A DNA stretch of 64,000 nt from Deltaproteobacteria bacterium (GCA_034670305.1 JAXMNT010000017.1:81669-145668); one strand, 5' to 3'; shown: positions 30,131 to 38,858, counted from the first letter of the stretch. A program made the numbers and translations. The notes: generated by a model not told the origin, from the sequence alone.

Positions 30131-31131
30131 GATTGAGGCTCGGTGTCGTCGGCGTCCTCGGTCTCGAACAGATCCTCGATCCGCTGGTCCACGTAGCCCG
30201 CGCCCCGCACTCGGAAGACGGCCGGGTCACCGATGAAGGTCCCCGTCAGCGCTTCGATCTCGTACTGGTCTCCGTCGTAGACGAACTCCAACTTGGGCCG
30301 GATCTCGTACACGCCGGGCACCGCGAAGGTGTCGTCGGGACAGTAGAGACTCGACGAGAGCGAGGCGCGGCTGCCGCGATTCAGGCGCCGGAAGAAGTCG
30401 ACGATGGGCACGATGGTGGTGCGTGGCATCGCGCAGACCACGTCTCCCAAGGGACCCGAGACGAGGAACGACCAGAGGTCGTCGCGCATGTACGCCCGCC
30501 CTGCCCCGCGCGCCCGCACGCTGAAGGTGGGCCCGCCGCGGGTGGTCCGCCCGCTCAACGTTACGGCCAACGCCGGCGCTTCCGTGCCTTCAGCGGTTGC
30601 TGGGATCGCTGGGGCGGTCCACGTCATCGAGGTCCCGGCGACCTTGTTCGGGGGCCGACGCTCGTCGGTGCGCTTCGCGACGTAGCGGGTCCGGCTCCGG
30701 GTGCGGAACCCATACTCCACCTCAACGGTTGCGGACTTCGACTCGAGCGCGCGAAGGGCCCGACCCGTGCAGTACATCCGCAGATCGATCCACTCGCGGT
30801 GCGTGGCGCCGTTCGGCATCTCTTCCACGCGGCTCGGATCGACGCGCCGGGGTGCGTCTGGGTGCACGCATCGAAGGCGCTGACGGCTGCCCTCGGGTCG
30901 CACCGTGAGCCGCAGCAGGCGGCGGTCGCGCACCACCTCCTGCCGTTCGTTGGAGCGGATCTCGAGCACCCGCCGCCAGTCGCCGTGCCGCACCGGTTCG
31001 GTGTGTCCGGCGGGCGCGGCGATGGGACGCAACGAGACCGACAAGCGCGGGGTCTCGTAGGTCTGGGCGTGGACAGACGTGGCGACCACAAGGATCGTGA
31101 GCGAGGCAGCGACGAGGGATGCGGGCTTCAT
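30127..31131 (-). CDS. Secreted hypothetical protein
   Basis: Signal peptide MKPASLVAASLTILVVATSVHA; ATGA overlap with the HD gene. Confidence 0.7.
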   Translation of the reverse strand: MKPASLVAASLTILVVATSVHAQTYETPRLSVSLRPIAAPAGHTEPVRHGDWRRVLEIRSNERQEVVRDRRLLRLTVRPEGSRQRLRCVHPDAPRRVDPSRVEEMPNGATHREWIDLRMYCTGRALRALESKSATVEVEYGFRTRSRTRYVAKRTDERRPPNKVAGTSMTWTAPAIPATAEGTEAPALAVTLSGRTTRGGPTFSVRARGAGRAYMRDDLWSFLVSGPLGDVVCAMPRTTIVPIVDFFRRLNRGSRASLSSSLYCPDDTFAVPGVYEIRPKLEFVYDGDQYEIEALTGTFIGDPAVFRVRGAGYVDQRIEDLFETEDADDTEPQS

Positions 31132-32459
31132 GAACTGGGCTCCAACAGATCCTGGATGGCATCCAAGACCGGGGTACGAAATCGCGCTGGGAAGATGAGT
31201 CGTGTGTTGCGGATCCGTTTGCCGCGCAACTCGCCGAGCAGGAACGAGTGTTCGGAGAGCGGAGAGATCGGTTGGTGCCGGATCAGCACGAAGAGACCGT
31301 CGGCGCCGGGTTTCTCCTCGTACGGAATGTCGCTCGGCGAATCGAGCACCACCCGCAGCGCGGCCGACGCACCGCCCTTTCCTTCCGCATCCATCGCCCC
31401 CGCGACGACGTCGGTGGCCCGCTCGAGGATGAGCGGCCACCGCGACTGGTCGCTGGGGAGCGGGACCGTCTTCGGCAACCGGCGCGCGCGCAATCGGGAC
31501 GAGAGCTCCGCCAGCGCGGGGTCGTCGCTTTGTTCCCAGCGGGCGAAGCAATGGAGCAGCGCCACGTCGTCGAGTTCGAGGTAGTCGCCGAGAGAGACCG
31601 GCGCACCCCGCGCCGCACTGATGAGCGCTTGGGGCGTCGCCTCGGGCACCCCACCGTCCCGCACCAGCTCGCCAACCCGTACGAAGAGCCCGCGGATGAG
31701 CGCCTCGGCGGCTCGGGTCGCTTTGTGGTGGTAGACCTGCTGGAACATGAAGTGCCGCGCGAGGAAGAACCCCTCGATCGGCGGCAGGCCTTTGCGGCCC
31801 TCGACCGCGAGCACCCACTCCTCGTGGCCGTCCACGTCGATCGCGCCGAACGCCAGCGCCCGCAGCAACCAATCGAGATCGTAGAGCCCATACCGCACGC
31901 CGGTCATGTGGCTGTCGCGCAGCAGGTAGTCCGCGCGATCCACATCCAGCGCACCGCTCACCGCCCGCGCCAGGTACGGAATTCGATACGTGCCACCCAG
32001 CAGCGAGGTCACCCGCTCCGCCATGCCCGCGGACAGCCGCTCGAGCGCCCGGTGCACCTCGGTGCCGGGATCCCGAAGGATGTCGAGCGTCCACGCTTCG
32101 TGATGCCGCGCGCCCGGACTGACCTCCTCGAACAGATGCGAGAACGGTCCATGCCCGAGATCATGCAGCAACGCGGCGGCCAGTGAGTCCATGCGCGCCT
32201 CGTCGTCGAGTCGCAGATCGACTGGCAACGCGTCCTGGACCTCGTCGATGCGCGCATGCAGCCGCACCATCACGTGCGCCGCCCCGAGCGCATGCGCGAA
32301 CCGCGAATGTTCCGCCCCCGGAAACACCAGCGAGGTCAGCCCCAACTGGCGGATGTGCCGCAACCGCTGCACCTCCCGCGTCTCGAGCAGCGCCGCCACC
32401 ACCCGCTCCGCCGATCCCTCGAACGTGATCAGTCCATGCACCGGGTCCCGAAGAATCAT
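31128..32459 (-). CDS. HD-domain phosphohydrolase (SAMHD1/YdhJ-like dNTPase family)
   Basis: RDPVHG, QRLRHIRQLG, HSRFAHALG, LLHDLGHGPFSH, LDVDRADYLLRD, QVYHHK. Confidence 0.92.
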   Translation of the reverse strand: MILRDPVHGLITFEGSAERVVAALLETREVQRLRHIRQLGLTSLVFPGAEHSRFAHALGAAHVMVRLHARIDEVQDALPVDLRLDDEARMDSLAAALLHDLGHGPFSHLFEEVSPGARHHEAWTLDILRDPGTEVHRALERLSAGMAERVTSLLGGTYRIPYLARAVSGALDVDRADYLLRDSHMTGVRYGLYDLDWLLRALAFGAIDVDGHEEWVLAVEGRKGLPPIEGFFLARHFMFQQVYHHKATRAAEALIRGLFVRVGELVRDGGVPEATPQALISAARGAPVSLGDYLELDDVALLHCFARWEQSDDPALAELSSRLRARRLPKTVPLPSDQSRWPLILERATDVVAGAMDAEGKGGASAALRVVLDSPSDIPYEEKPGADGLFVLIRHQPISPLSEHSFLLGELRGKRIRNTRLIFPARFRTPVLDAIQDLLEPSS

Positions 32460-32511
32460 TGCGGCCCTCTGTATACTTGAAATCCGCCACCACCCCAGCC
32501 CCCCGCTTTGG

Positions 32512-32845
32512 AGTCGGCTTCACGGTCAGCCTCGGGATGGGCGTCGGCTTCGGCTTCGGCGTCGGCCTCGGCTTCGGGGTTTCGGCTTCGGGGTCGGCTT
32601 CGGTCTCGGCTTCGGCGTCGGCTTCGGCGTCGGCTTCGAGGTCGGCTTCGGCTTCGGGGTCGGCTTCGGGGTCGGCTTCGGGGTCGGCTTCGGGGTCGGC
32701 TTCGGGGTCGGCTTCGGGGTCGGCTTCGGGGTCGGCTTTGGGGTCGGCTTCGGGGTCGGCTTCGGGGTCGGCTTCGGGGTCGGCTTCGGCGTCGGACTCG
32801 GCTTCGGCCTCGGGATCGGCTTCGGCTTCGGCCTCGGACTTCTGA
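32512..32845. repeat. (GGGGTCGGCTTC)n hexamer/12-mer array
   Basis: Tandem repeat in the divergent gap. Confidence 0.93.
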
Positions 32846-32849
32846 GCCC

Positions 32850-32992
32850 GACTCACCCGTGATCACGCCTGACTCACCCATGATCACGCCTGACTCACCC
32901 ATGATCACGCCTGACTCACCCATGATCACGCCTGACTCACCCATGATCACGCCTGACTCACCCGTGATCACGCCTGACTCACCCGTGATCAC
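32850..32992. repeat. 7 x 21-bp direct repeat GACTCACCC(A/G)TGATCACGCCT
   Basis: Contiguous copies without spacers (last one partial), each with the palindrome TGATCA. Confidence 0.95.
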
Positions 32993-33011
32993 GGACGATT
33001 CCGGCCATTTC

Positions 33012-33047
33012 CAATCTTGACAATCCCGATGGGGTAACCCATAGAAC
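33012..33047 (+). promoter_or_regulatory. Putative sigma70 promoter / Rrf2 operator region of the cys operon
   Basis: Perfect TTGACA at 33017-33022 in an AT-richer patch 40 bp before the Rrf2 ATG; weak -10. Confidence 0.45.
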
Positions 33048-33060
33048 CCGCAGGCCAGGG

Positions 33061-33510
33061 ATGAAGCTCAGCAACAAGAGTCGATACGGCGTGCGCGCCA
33101 TGTTCGACATCGCGTTTCACAACGACGGCAAACCCACCCAGGTGCGGACCATCGCCGAGCGTCAGGCCATCCCGCCCCGCTTCCTCGAGCAGATCTTCCA
33201 GGATTTGAAACGCGCTGGGCTCGTGACCAGCAAGCGCGGCCCACGCGGCGGGTACGCGCTCTCCCGAGACCCGGACACGATCCACATCGGCGATGTCATT
33301 CGGGCGCTCGAAGGCGAGATCCGCCTGACCGGCGACGAAGCCGCTGGGGGAGACGCGATGAGCCGCGCCATCACCGACGGGGTGTTGACCGAACTCGCGT
33401 CACGCATCGACCAAGTGCTCGACGAACTCAGCCTGCGCGACCTCTGCGAACGCGGCGAATCCGAAGGGGTTCGACGCCGCCCGCCGAGGCGCTACGTGTA
33501 CAGCATCTGA
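33061..33510 (+). CDS. Rrf2-family transcriptional regulator (CymR-like, no Fe-S Cys triad)
   Basis: MKLSNKSRYGVRAM, FLEQIFQDLKRAGLVTSKRGPRGGYAL, IRALEG. Confidence 0.92.
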   Translation: MKLSNKSRYGVRAMFDIAFHNDGKPTQVRTIAERQAIPPRFLEQIFQDLKRAGLVTSKRGPRGGYALSRDPDTIHIGDVIRALEGEIRLTGDEAAGGDAMSRAITDGVLTELASRIDQVLDELSLRDLCERGESEGVRRRPPRRYVYSI

Positions 33511-33512
33511 CC

Positions 33513-34544
33513 ATGACCCTCTCCGCCGACACCGAAGACACCGACCCTGGCTTGCCGAGGGACACCCTCCCCGATCCCGGCCCGCAAAAGCGCGCCCCCG
33601 TGGTCGAGAGCGTGCTCGATCTCATCGGACAGACCCCGCTCATTCAGCTGCGCCGTGTGGTCTCGGGCGCGCAGGTCTGGGCGAAGGCCGAACACCTGAA
33701 CCCCGGCGGTTCGGTGAAGGATCGGATCTGTCTCGCCATGATCGAGCGGGCCGAACGCGAGGGCATCCTGAAGCCCGGCATGACTGTGGTCGAACCCACC
33801 AGCGGCAACACCGGCATCGGCCTCGCGCTCGTCTGCGCCCGCAAGGGCTACAAGCTCGTGCTCACCATGCCGGCCAGCATGAGCCTCGAGCGGCGCGCTC
33901 TGCTCGAAGCCTACGGCGCCGAGATCGTGCTCACCGATCCGAAGCGCATCATGGAAGGTGCGCTCGAAGCGGCGGAGAAGATCAAAGGCGAGCGCGGCGC
34001 GTTCATGCCGCAGCAGTTCGACAACCCCTCGAACCCCGAGGCCCACGCCGAACACACCGCGCGCGAGATCATCGAAGCCTTCGAGGGCGAGACGCTTCAC
34101 ACCTTCGTCGCATCGGTCGGCACCGGCGGCACGATCAGCGGCGTCGGCCGCGCGCTCAAAGCGCACTGGCCCGACATCCGCATCGTCGCCGTCGAACCCG
34201 AGGCCAGCCCAGTGCTCAGCGGCGGCCAAGCCGGCCCTTCGAAGATCCAAGGCCTCAACGCTGGGTTCATTCCGAAGAACTTCGACCGCACCCAGGTGGA
34301 CGAGATCGTCCTCATCAGCGACGCCGACGCGTGGCGGATGAAAGAGCGGCTCGCGCGCGAAGAAGGCCTCCTCGTCGGGGTGAGCGCCGGCGCCAATGTG
34401 CACGTGTCCGCCGCCATCGCCGCCGAGCTGCCGCCCGAAGCGCACGTCGCCACCGTGTTGTGCGACACCGGCGAGCGCTACTTCAGTCTGGGCGTGCACT
34501 TCCAAGATCTCGACGACCCCAAGGGCGCGGACCCGGGCGCATGA
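33513..34544 (+). CDS. cysK: Cysteine synthase A (O-acetylserine sulfhydrylase)
   Basis: NPGGSVKDR, EPTSGNTG, SMSLERR, QQFDNPSN, GTGGT, KIQGL, DTGERY. Confidence 0.92.
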   Translation: MTLSADTEDTDPGLPRDTLPDPGPQKRAPVVESVLDLIGQTPLIQLRRVVSGAQVWAKAEHLNPGGSVKDRICLAMIERAEREGILKPGMTVVEPTSGNTGIGLALVCARKGYKLVLTMPASMSLERRALLEAYGAEIVLTDPKRIMEGALEAAEKIKGERGAFMPQQFDNPSNPEAHAEHTAREIIEAFEGETLHTFVASVGTGGTISGVGRALKAHWPDIRIVAVEPEASPVLSGGQAGPSKIQGLNAGFIPKNFDRTQVDEIVLISDADAWRMKERLAREEGLLVGVSAGANVHVSAAIAAELPPEAHVATVLCDTGERYFSLGVHFQDLDDPKGADPGA

Positions 34545-35248
34545 CGCGGACGTGGCTCATCGTCGGCGCGGGCGGCCTCGCGTGTGGTGCCGCCCGCGTG
34601 CTGCAGTCGGCTTTCCCGTCCGGCGCCTCCCGTCCTCGGTTCGTGGTCGTCGACGACGACGTCGTGGACGCCACCAACCTGCACCGGCAGACCCTCTACA
34701 CCGCGTCCGACATCGGTGCGGCCAAAGCCGTACTCGCTGCTCGCGCGCTCGGTGGTGAAGCCCGCCGGGAACGCTTTCTGCCGGACAACGCAGCCGCTCT
34801 GCTCGAAGGCGTCGATCTGGTGATCGAAGGCGCGGACAACTACGCGACGAAGTTTCTCGTCGCCGACGCCTGCGCGCTCGCCGGCATCGCGTGTGTGCAT
34901 GCGGGTGCGGTCGGATGGAACGGCTGGGTGTTCGGGAGCCGGGGTCACGCGGCCAACCAGCCGTGTCTGCGCTGCGTGTTCGAAGACGTGCCTTCGGGTC
35001 CGGTGCAGACCTGCGAGAACGCCGGCGTGGTCGGTCCGGTCGTCGGTGTCGTCGGCGCGGTGCAAGGCCGCGACGCCCTCTCGGTGCGCCGCGAACCGGC
35101 ACACCTCTGGAACTACCAGGGCCTGCGTGGCTCTCTTCGCCGCACCAGCGTACAACCCCGTCCCGACTGTCCTCACGCGCTCGGTTCCATCCGTGCGCTC
35201 GACCCCCACCGCTACGTCGCCCCCACCATTCACGACGCGTGCAACTAG
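34541..35248 (+). CDS. ThiF/MoeB-family adenylyltransferase (E1-like) lacking the N-terminal RYSRQ segment
   Basis: Starts at LIVGAGGLA; DDDVVDATNLHRQ, AKA, GADN, PCLRC, TCENAGVVGP, RPDCP. Confidence 0.88.
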   Translation: MTRTWLIVGAGGLACGAARVLQSAFPSGASRPRFVVVDDDVVDATNLHRQTLYTASDIGAAKAVLAARALGGEARRERFLPDNAAALLEGVDLVIEGADNYATKFLVADACALAGIACVHAGAVGWNGWVFGSRGHAANQPCLRCVFEDVPSGPVQTCENAGVVGPVVGVVGAVQGRDALSVRREPAHLWNYQGLRGSLRRTSVQPRPDCPHALGSIRALDPHRYVAPTIHDACN

Positions 35249-35274
35249 CCCGCGTCGAGCAACAGGAGACCCCC

Positions 35275-35550
35275 ATGGCCATCACACTTCGAATCCCCCC
35301 TGCCCTTCGTTCCCTCACCGGCGGCGACGCCGAGCTCGCGCTCGAAGGCGCCACGGTCGGCGCCCTCATCGACGCCGCCGAGAGCTCCTTCCCCGGCATC
35401 AAGGGACGCGTCTGCTCGGACGACGGAAAGGTGCTGCGTTTTGTGAACCTCTTCGTCGGCGAAGACGACATTCGCATGCTCGACGGACTCGAGACCCCGC
35501 TCAAAGAGGGCGACCAAGTCTCGATCATCCCGGCCATCGCAGGCGGCTGA
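35275..35550 (+). CDS. Ubiquitin-like sulfur carrier (MoaD/ThiS/CysO family)
   Basis: IPPALRSLTGG, RFVNLFVGEDDIR, C-terminal IIPAIAGG. Confidence 0.93.
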   Translation: MAITLRIPPALRSLTGGDAELALEGATVGALIDAAESSFPGIKGRVCSDDGKVLRFVNLFVGEDDIRMLDGLETPLKEGDQVSIIPAIAGG

Positions 35551-35554
35551 ACGG

Positions 35555-35824
35555 TTGACCCCTGAGGAGCGTCAGCGGTTCGTGCGACCCATGCTCGTTC
35601 GAGAGATCGGTGTGGCGGGACAAGAGCGGCTGCTCTCGGCCACCGTCCGGTTGTCCGGTCGGCCCGGCGACGAGACGGCCGCGCTCTACCTCGAGCGCGC
35701 TGGCGTGACGGTCGAAGTCGGAGCGCACATCCGCGTCGTGGAGTCGCCGGACGAGATCGTCGCCGGTGCGCTTCGCGCGGTCGAACAGATCAAAACCCTC
35801 CTCTCCCTCTCGGATCGATCATGA
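35555..35824 (+). CDS. Mini ThiF/MoeB N-terminal-like protein (no ATP-binding loop)
   Basis: TPEERQRFVRPMLVREIGVAGQERLLSATV, ALYLERAGV; TTG start; ATGA overlap with the next gene. Confidence 0.75.
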   Translation: MTPEERQRFVRPMLVREIGVAGQERLLSATVRLSGRPGDETAALYLERAGVTVEVGAHIRVVESPDEIVAGALRAVEQIKTLLSLSDRS

Positions 35825-36756
35825 GACACGGCAGACTCTCCAGCGTGTTCGACGCGGTCGGACAGACCCCGATGGTCCGGCTGCGCCGGATCGAACAAGA
35901 GACCCCCGGCGTCGAGATCTACCTGAAGCTCGAGTACATGAATCCGGGCGGTTCGGTGAAAGACCGACCGGCGCGGCAGATGATCCTCGACGCCGTCCAG
36001 GACGGCCGGTTCACCTCCGACAAGATCCTCATCGACTCGACGAGCGGCAACACCGGCGTGGCCTACAGCCTATACGGCGCCGCGCTCGGGTACCGCGTTG
36101 CGCTCGTGATGCCGAGCAACGTCAGCAAGCCCCGCAAAGACATCACCCAGGCCTACGGGACCGAGCTCATCTTCAGTGATCCGATGCTCGGCAGCGACGG
36201 AGCGATCGAGAAGGTGAAGGAGATCGTGGCCGCGGATCCGGAGCGCTACTTCTACCCGGACCAGTACGCGAACCCCTCGAACCCGCGGGCGCATTACCTG
36301 GGCACGGGCGCGGAGATCCTGGACCAGGTCGGTGACCGCATCACCCACTTCGCCAGCGCGCTCGGCACGAGCGGCACCATGATGGGCACCACCCGCCGGC
36401 TGCGCGAACACAGCCGGCCGATCCAGTGCATCGCGCTCGAACCCGCCGAAGCGCTGCACGGCCTCGAAGGCCTCAAACACATGGCCTCGTCCATCGTGCC
36501 GCCCATCTACGACGCCACCACGTTCGATGAGGTCATGCCGGTGAAGACCGACGACGGCTGGGACATGTCGGAGCGGCTTGCGGCCCAAGAAGGCATCTAC
36601 GTCGGCCACTCCACCGGGGCCAACGTCGCCGGCGCGGTCCAGGTCGCGAAGCGGCTCATCGCCCAGGGCGAAGAAGGCTGCGTGGTCACCATCGCGGCCG
36701 ACCGGGGCGACCGGTACTTCGCCCCCATGAAGTGGGAGAAACACTATGTCTGGTAG
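35821..36756 (+). CDS. cysM: Second PLP-dependent cysteine synthase (CysM-like, probably carrier-dependent)
   Basis: NPGGSVKDR, STSGNTG, DQYANPSN, GTSGT, HGLEGLKHM, DRGDRY; flanked by carrier and JAMM genes. Confidence 0.8.
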   Translation: MRHGRLSSVFDAVGQTPMVRLRRIEQETPGVEIYLKLEYMNPGGSVKDRPARQMILDAVQDGRFTSDKILIDSTSGNTGVAYSLYGAALGYRVALVMPSNVSKPRKDITQAYGTELIFSDPMLGSDGAIEKVKEIVAADPERYFYPDQYANPSNPRAHYLGTGAEILDQVGDRITHFASALGTSGTMMGTTRRLREHSRPIQCIALEPAEALHGLEGLKHMASSIVPPIYDATTFDEVMPVKTDDGWDMSERLAAQEGIYVGHSTGANVAGAVQVAKRLIAQGEEGCVVTIAADRGDRYFAPMKWEKHYVW

Positions 36757-36785
36757 CCCTGCCCTGCGGTTTTCGGAGCCCCCTC

Positions 36786-37301
36786 ATGCCCGCTGACCAC
36801 CCTCAGTTTCCAGGGCTGCCCTGGATCGCCGGCGACCTCGTGGTGTCGCGCGAAGTGATGGACGCGATCGAAGCCCACGCGCTTGCGGCCTATCCGAGCG
36901 AGTGCTGCGGCTTCGCGTTTGGTCCGGCGGACCAGCCGCTCGTGATCGACGAAGAGATCGAAGTCGAGAACGAAGCCGACAAGTACCACGCGATGGATCC
37001 CGAGCAGTTCCCGCGCACGTCCAAGACCTACTTTCGGCTGAACCCGATGAAGGCGATGCGGACGCTCGACGAAGCGTCGGCCAAGGGGCGTCCGCTCAAG
37101 GTCATCTACCACTCGCACTGCGACGCAGGCGCGTACTTCTCCGGAGAAGACAGCGCGACGTTCGCCCAGGGCGAGATGCTGATGTGGCCGTGCGCGTTCC
37201 TCGTCGTCAGCGTCGTCGACGGCGCGGTCAAGGAACACAAACTCTGGGTGCACGAAGTCGGCACCAACAACTTCGTCGAAGCTCCGATCCGCATAGGCTG
37301 A
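36786..37301 (+). CDS. JAMM/MPN+ (M67) metalloprotease, Mec-like
   Basis: YPSECCG ... IYHSHCDAGAYFSGED = E-x(n)-HxH-x7-S-x2-D. Confidence 0.9.
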   Translation: MPADHPQFPGLPWIAGDLVVSREVMDAIEAHALAAYPSECCGFAFGPADQPLVIDEEIEVENEADKYHAMDPEQFPRTSKTYFRLNPMKAMRTLDEASAKGRPLKVIYHSHCDAGAYFSGEDSATFAQGEMLMWPCAFLVVSVVDGAVKEHKLWVHEVGTNNFVEAPIRIG

Positions 37302-37545
37302 GCGAAGCGAAGCCCCCGTGCCCGTGCCCTTGCCCCTGCCCTCGCCCTCGGTTTGATTGAGGGCGGCGGAAACCAACTCCGAAGCCGACCCCGAAGCCTT
37401 GAGCGAAGCGAACCGGCCTTGCCCCTGCCCTTGCCCCTGCCCTTGCCCTCGGTTTGATTGAGAGCGGTGGCGGAAGTTGCTGCCGTCCAATGCGAAGCCG
37501 AGGCCGACGCTGACCCCCGAACCCGACTCCGGACCCCGAAGCCGA
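37299..37545. repeat. Two ~100-bp composite direct repeats (TGAGCGAAGCGAA-(GCCCYT)n-CGGTTTGATTGAG-CCGANN)
   Basis: Units begin at 37299 and 37400. Confidence 0.8.
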
Positions 37546-37546
37546 G

Positions 37547-38227
37547 TCAGTCTCCGCGCCAGCGGCGGTCGGGCCCGATGTCGATGTGGATGAAGCCGCT
37601 CACGGGGTAGGTGCCGATGCCGCCGACGTGGAGGGCTTCGGCTTCTCTTGCCATCTGCCGGGCGCCGACGCCGGGGATGCGGAAGTCGAGTGCCTGACCG
37701 AAGGTGTGGCGGCTGGTGCGGGCGACTTGGCGCCCCTTCTTGCGCAGCATCTCGTTCATCTTGGAGGACCGAAATCCGCTGACCACTTCGATGCGCCGGC
37801 TTTCGTGAAGCACGGCGAGCGCGGCAGCCACCCGAACCGGCGCGCGGGCCATCTCGGTCTCGGCGCCGGTGATGCGGCAGCGGAGGAAGCGAGAGAGGTG
37901 CCCGGCCTGCTCGGGGTCGCTTCCGTCTTCGAGCGTGGCGTGTTGCAGCGGTAGGACCTCGAGGGTGTGCATGTTCACCAGCGTCAGGTCGTAGCGGGTC
38001 GTCGTCGGCGAGGCGTTGCTTGGCGCCGACTTCGAGTCGTCCGAGGGCGGCGCGTTCGGCTCCAGGCGGGGCGTTTGCCAGACCGGCATGGCGTCTTGGT
38101 ACTCGGCCCAGTCCTCGGCCTCGAGCGCGGGCGGCGGGGAGAGCGCGAGGGTGTCGTCGGGCGCGAGGACGAAGACGAGCGCGGCGCCGAGCGTCAGGGC
38201 GAACGCGAGCTCGAGGACGGTGCGCAC
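37547..38227 (-). CDS. YcbK/DUF882 (peptidase M15A) family protein
   Basis: N-terminal TM; FLRC, IEVVSGFRS, VARTSRHTFGQALD, GGIGTYPVSGFIHIDIGPDRRW. Start uncertain. Confidence 0.85.
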   Translation of the reverse strand: MRTVLELAFALTLGAALVFVLAPDDTLALSPPPALEAEDWAEYQDAMPVWQTPRLEPNAPPSDDSKSAPSNASPTTTRYDLTLVNMHTLEVLPLQHATLEDGSDPEQAGHLSRFLRCRITGAETEMARAPVRVAAALAVLHESRRIEVVSGFRSSKMNEMLRKKGRQVARTSRHTFGQALDFRIPGVGARQMAREAEALHVGGIGTYPVSGFIHIDIGPDRRWRGD

Positions 38228-38273
38228 CTCCAGGGGGCTAACATGCAGTGATGGTCCAAGCGGAGTTTTCGGG

Positions 38274-38380
38274 ACCGAAGCCGAAGCCGATCCCCGAAAC
38301 GGATCCCGAAGCCGAAGCGGAAGCCGATCCCGAAGCCGATCCCAAAGCCGATCCCGTGAGCCGGGCGGACCCGAAGCCGG
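38274..38380. repeat. CCGANN hexamer array
   Basis: Tandem hexamers in a divergent gap. Confidence 0.85.
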
Positions 38381-38426
38381 CGGTTCTTGTTCACGCAGTC
38401 GAGCATGGGCGGGTATCGTTGTCGGC

Positions 38427-38858
38427 ATGGCGGACTACCGGAATCCTTTCCCGACTGTGGACGTGATCGTGGAGGTCGCGGGCGGCATCGTGCTCATCGA
38501 GCGGGCGAAGACCCCGAAGGGCTGGGCGCTGCCCGGAGGGTTCGTGGACTACGGCGAGTGCGTCGAGGACGGAGCCATTCGCGAGGTCATGGAAGAGACC
38601 GGGCTCGTGGTGCGGCTCGAAGCGCTGCTCGGCGTCTACAGCGCGCCCGACCGCGATCCGCGCCAGCACAACCTCTCCGTCGTCTACGTCGGCCAAGCCG
38701 AAGGCGAGCCCAAAGGGGGCGACGACGCCGCCAACGCCGAAGTCTTCCCCATCGACGCCCTCCCCTCCCCCCTCTGTTTCGACCACGCCCAGATCGTCGC
38801 CGACTACCGCGCCTACCGCGCCACCGGCAAGATCCCCCTCCCCCGCCCCACCCACTAG
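38427..38858 (+). CDS. NUDIX hydrolase
   Basis: WALPGGFVDYGECVEDGAIREVMEETGL Nudix box; RDPR, GDDA, FDH. Confidence 0.93.
   Translation: MADYRNPFPTVDVIVEVAGGIVLIERAKTPKGWALPGGFVDYGECVEDGAIREVMEETGLVVRLEALLGVYSAPDRDPRQHNLSVVYVGQAEGEPKGGDDAANAEVFPIDALPSPLCFDHAQIVADYRAYRATGKIPLPRPTH

Noticed and set aside
32850-32992. CRISPR array
   Set aside because: Repeats are contiguous with no unique spacers, and no cas genes are present.
34541-37301. Ubiquitin-like anti-phage system (Bil/CBASS-type E1-E2-JAB)
   Set aside because: There is no E2 or nucleotidyltransferase, and two cysteine synthases plus an Rrf2 regulator point to sulfur transfer.
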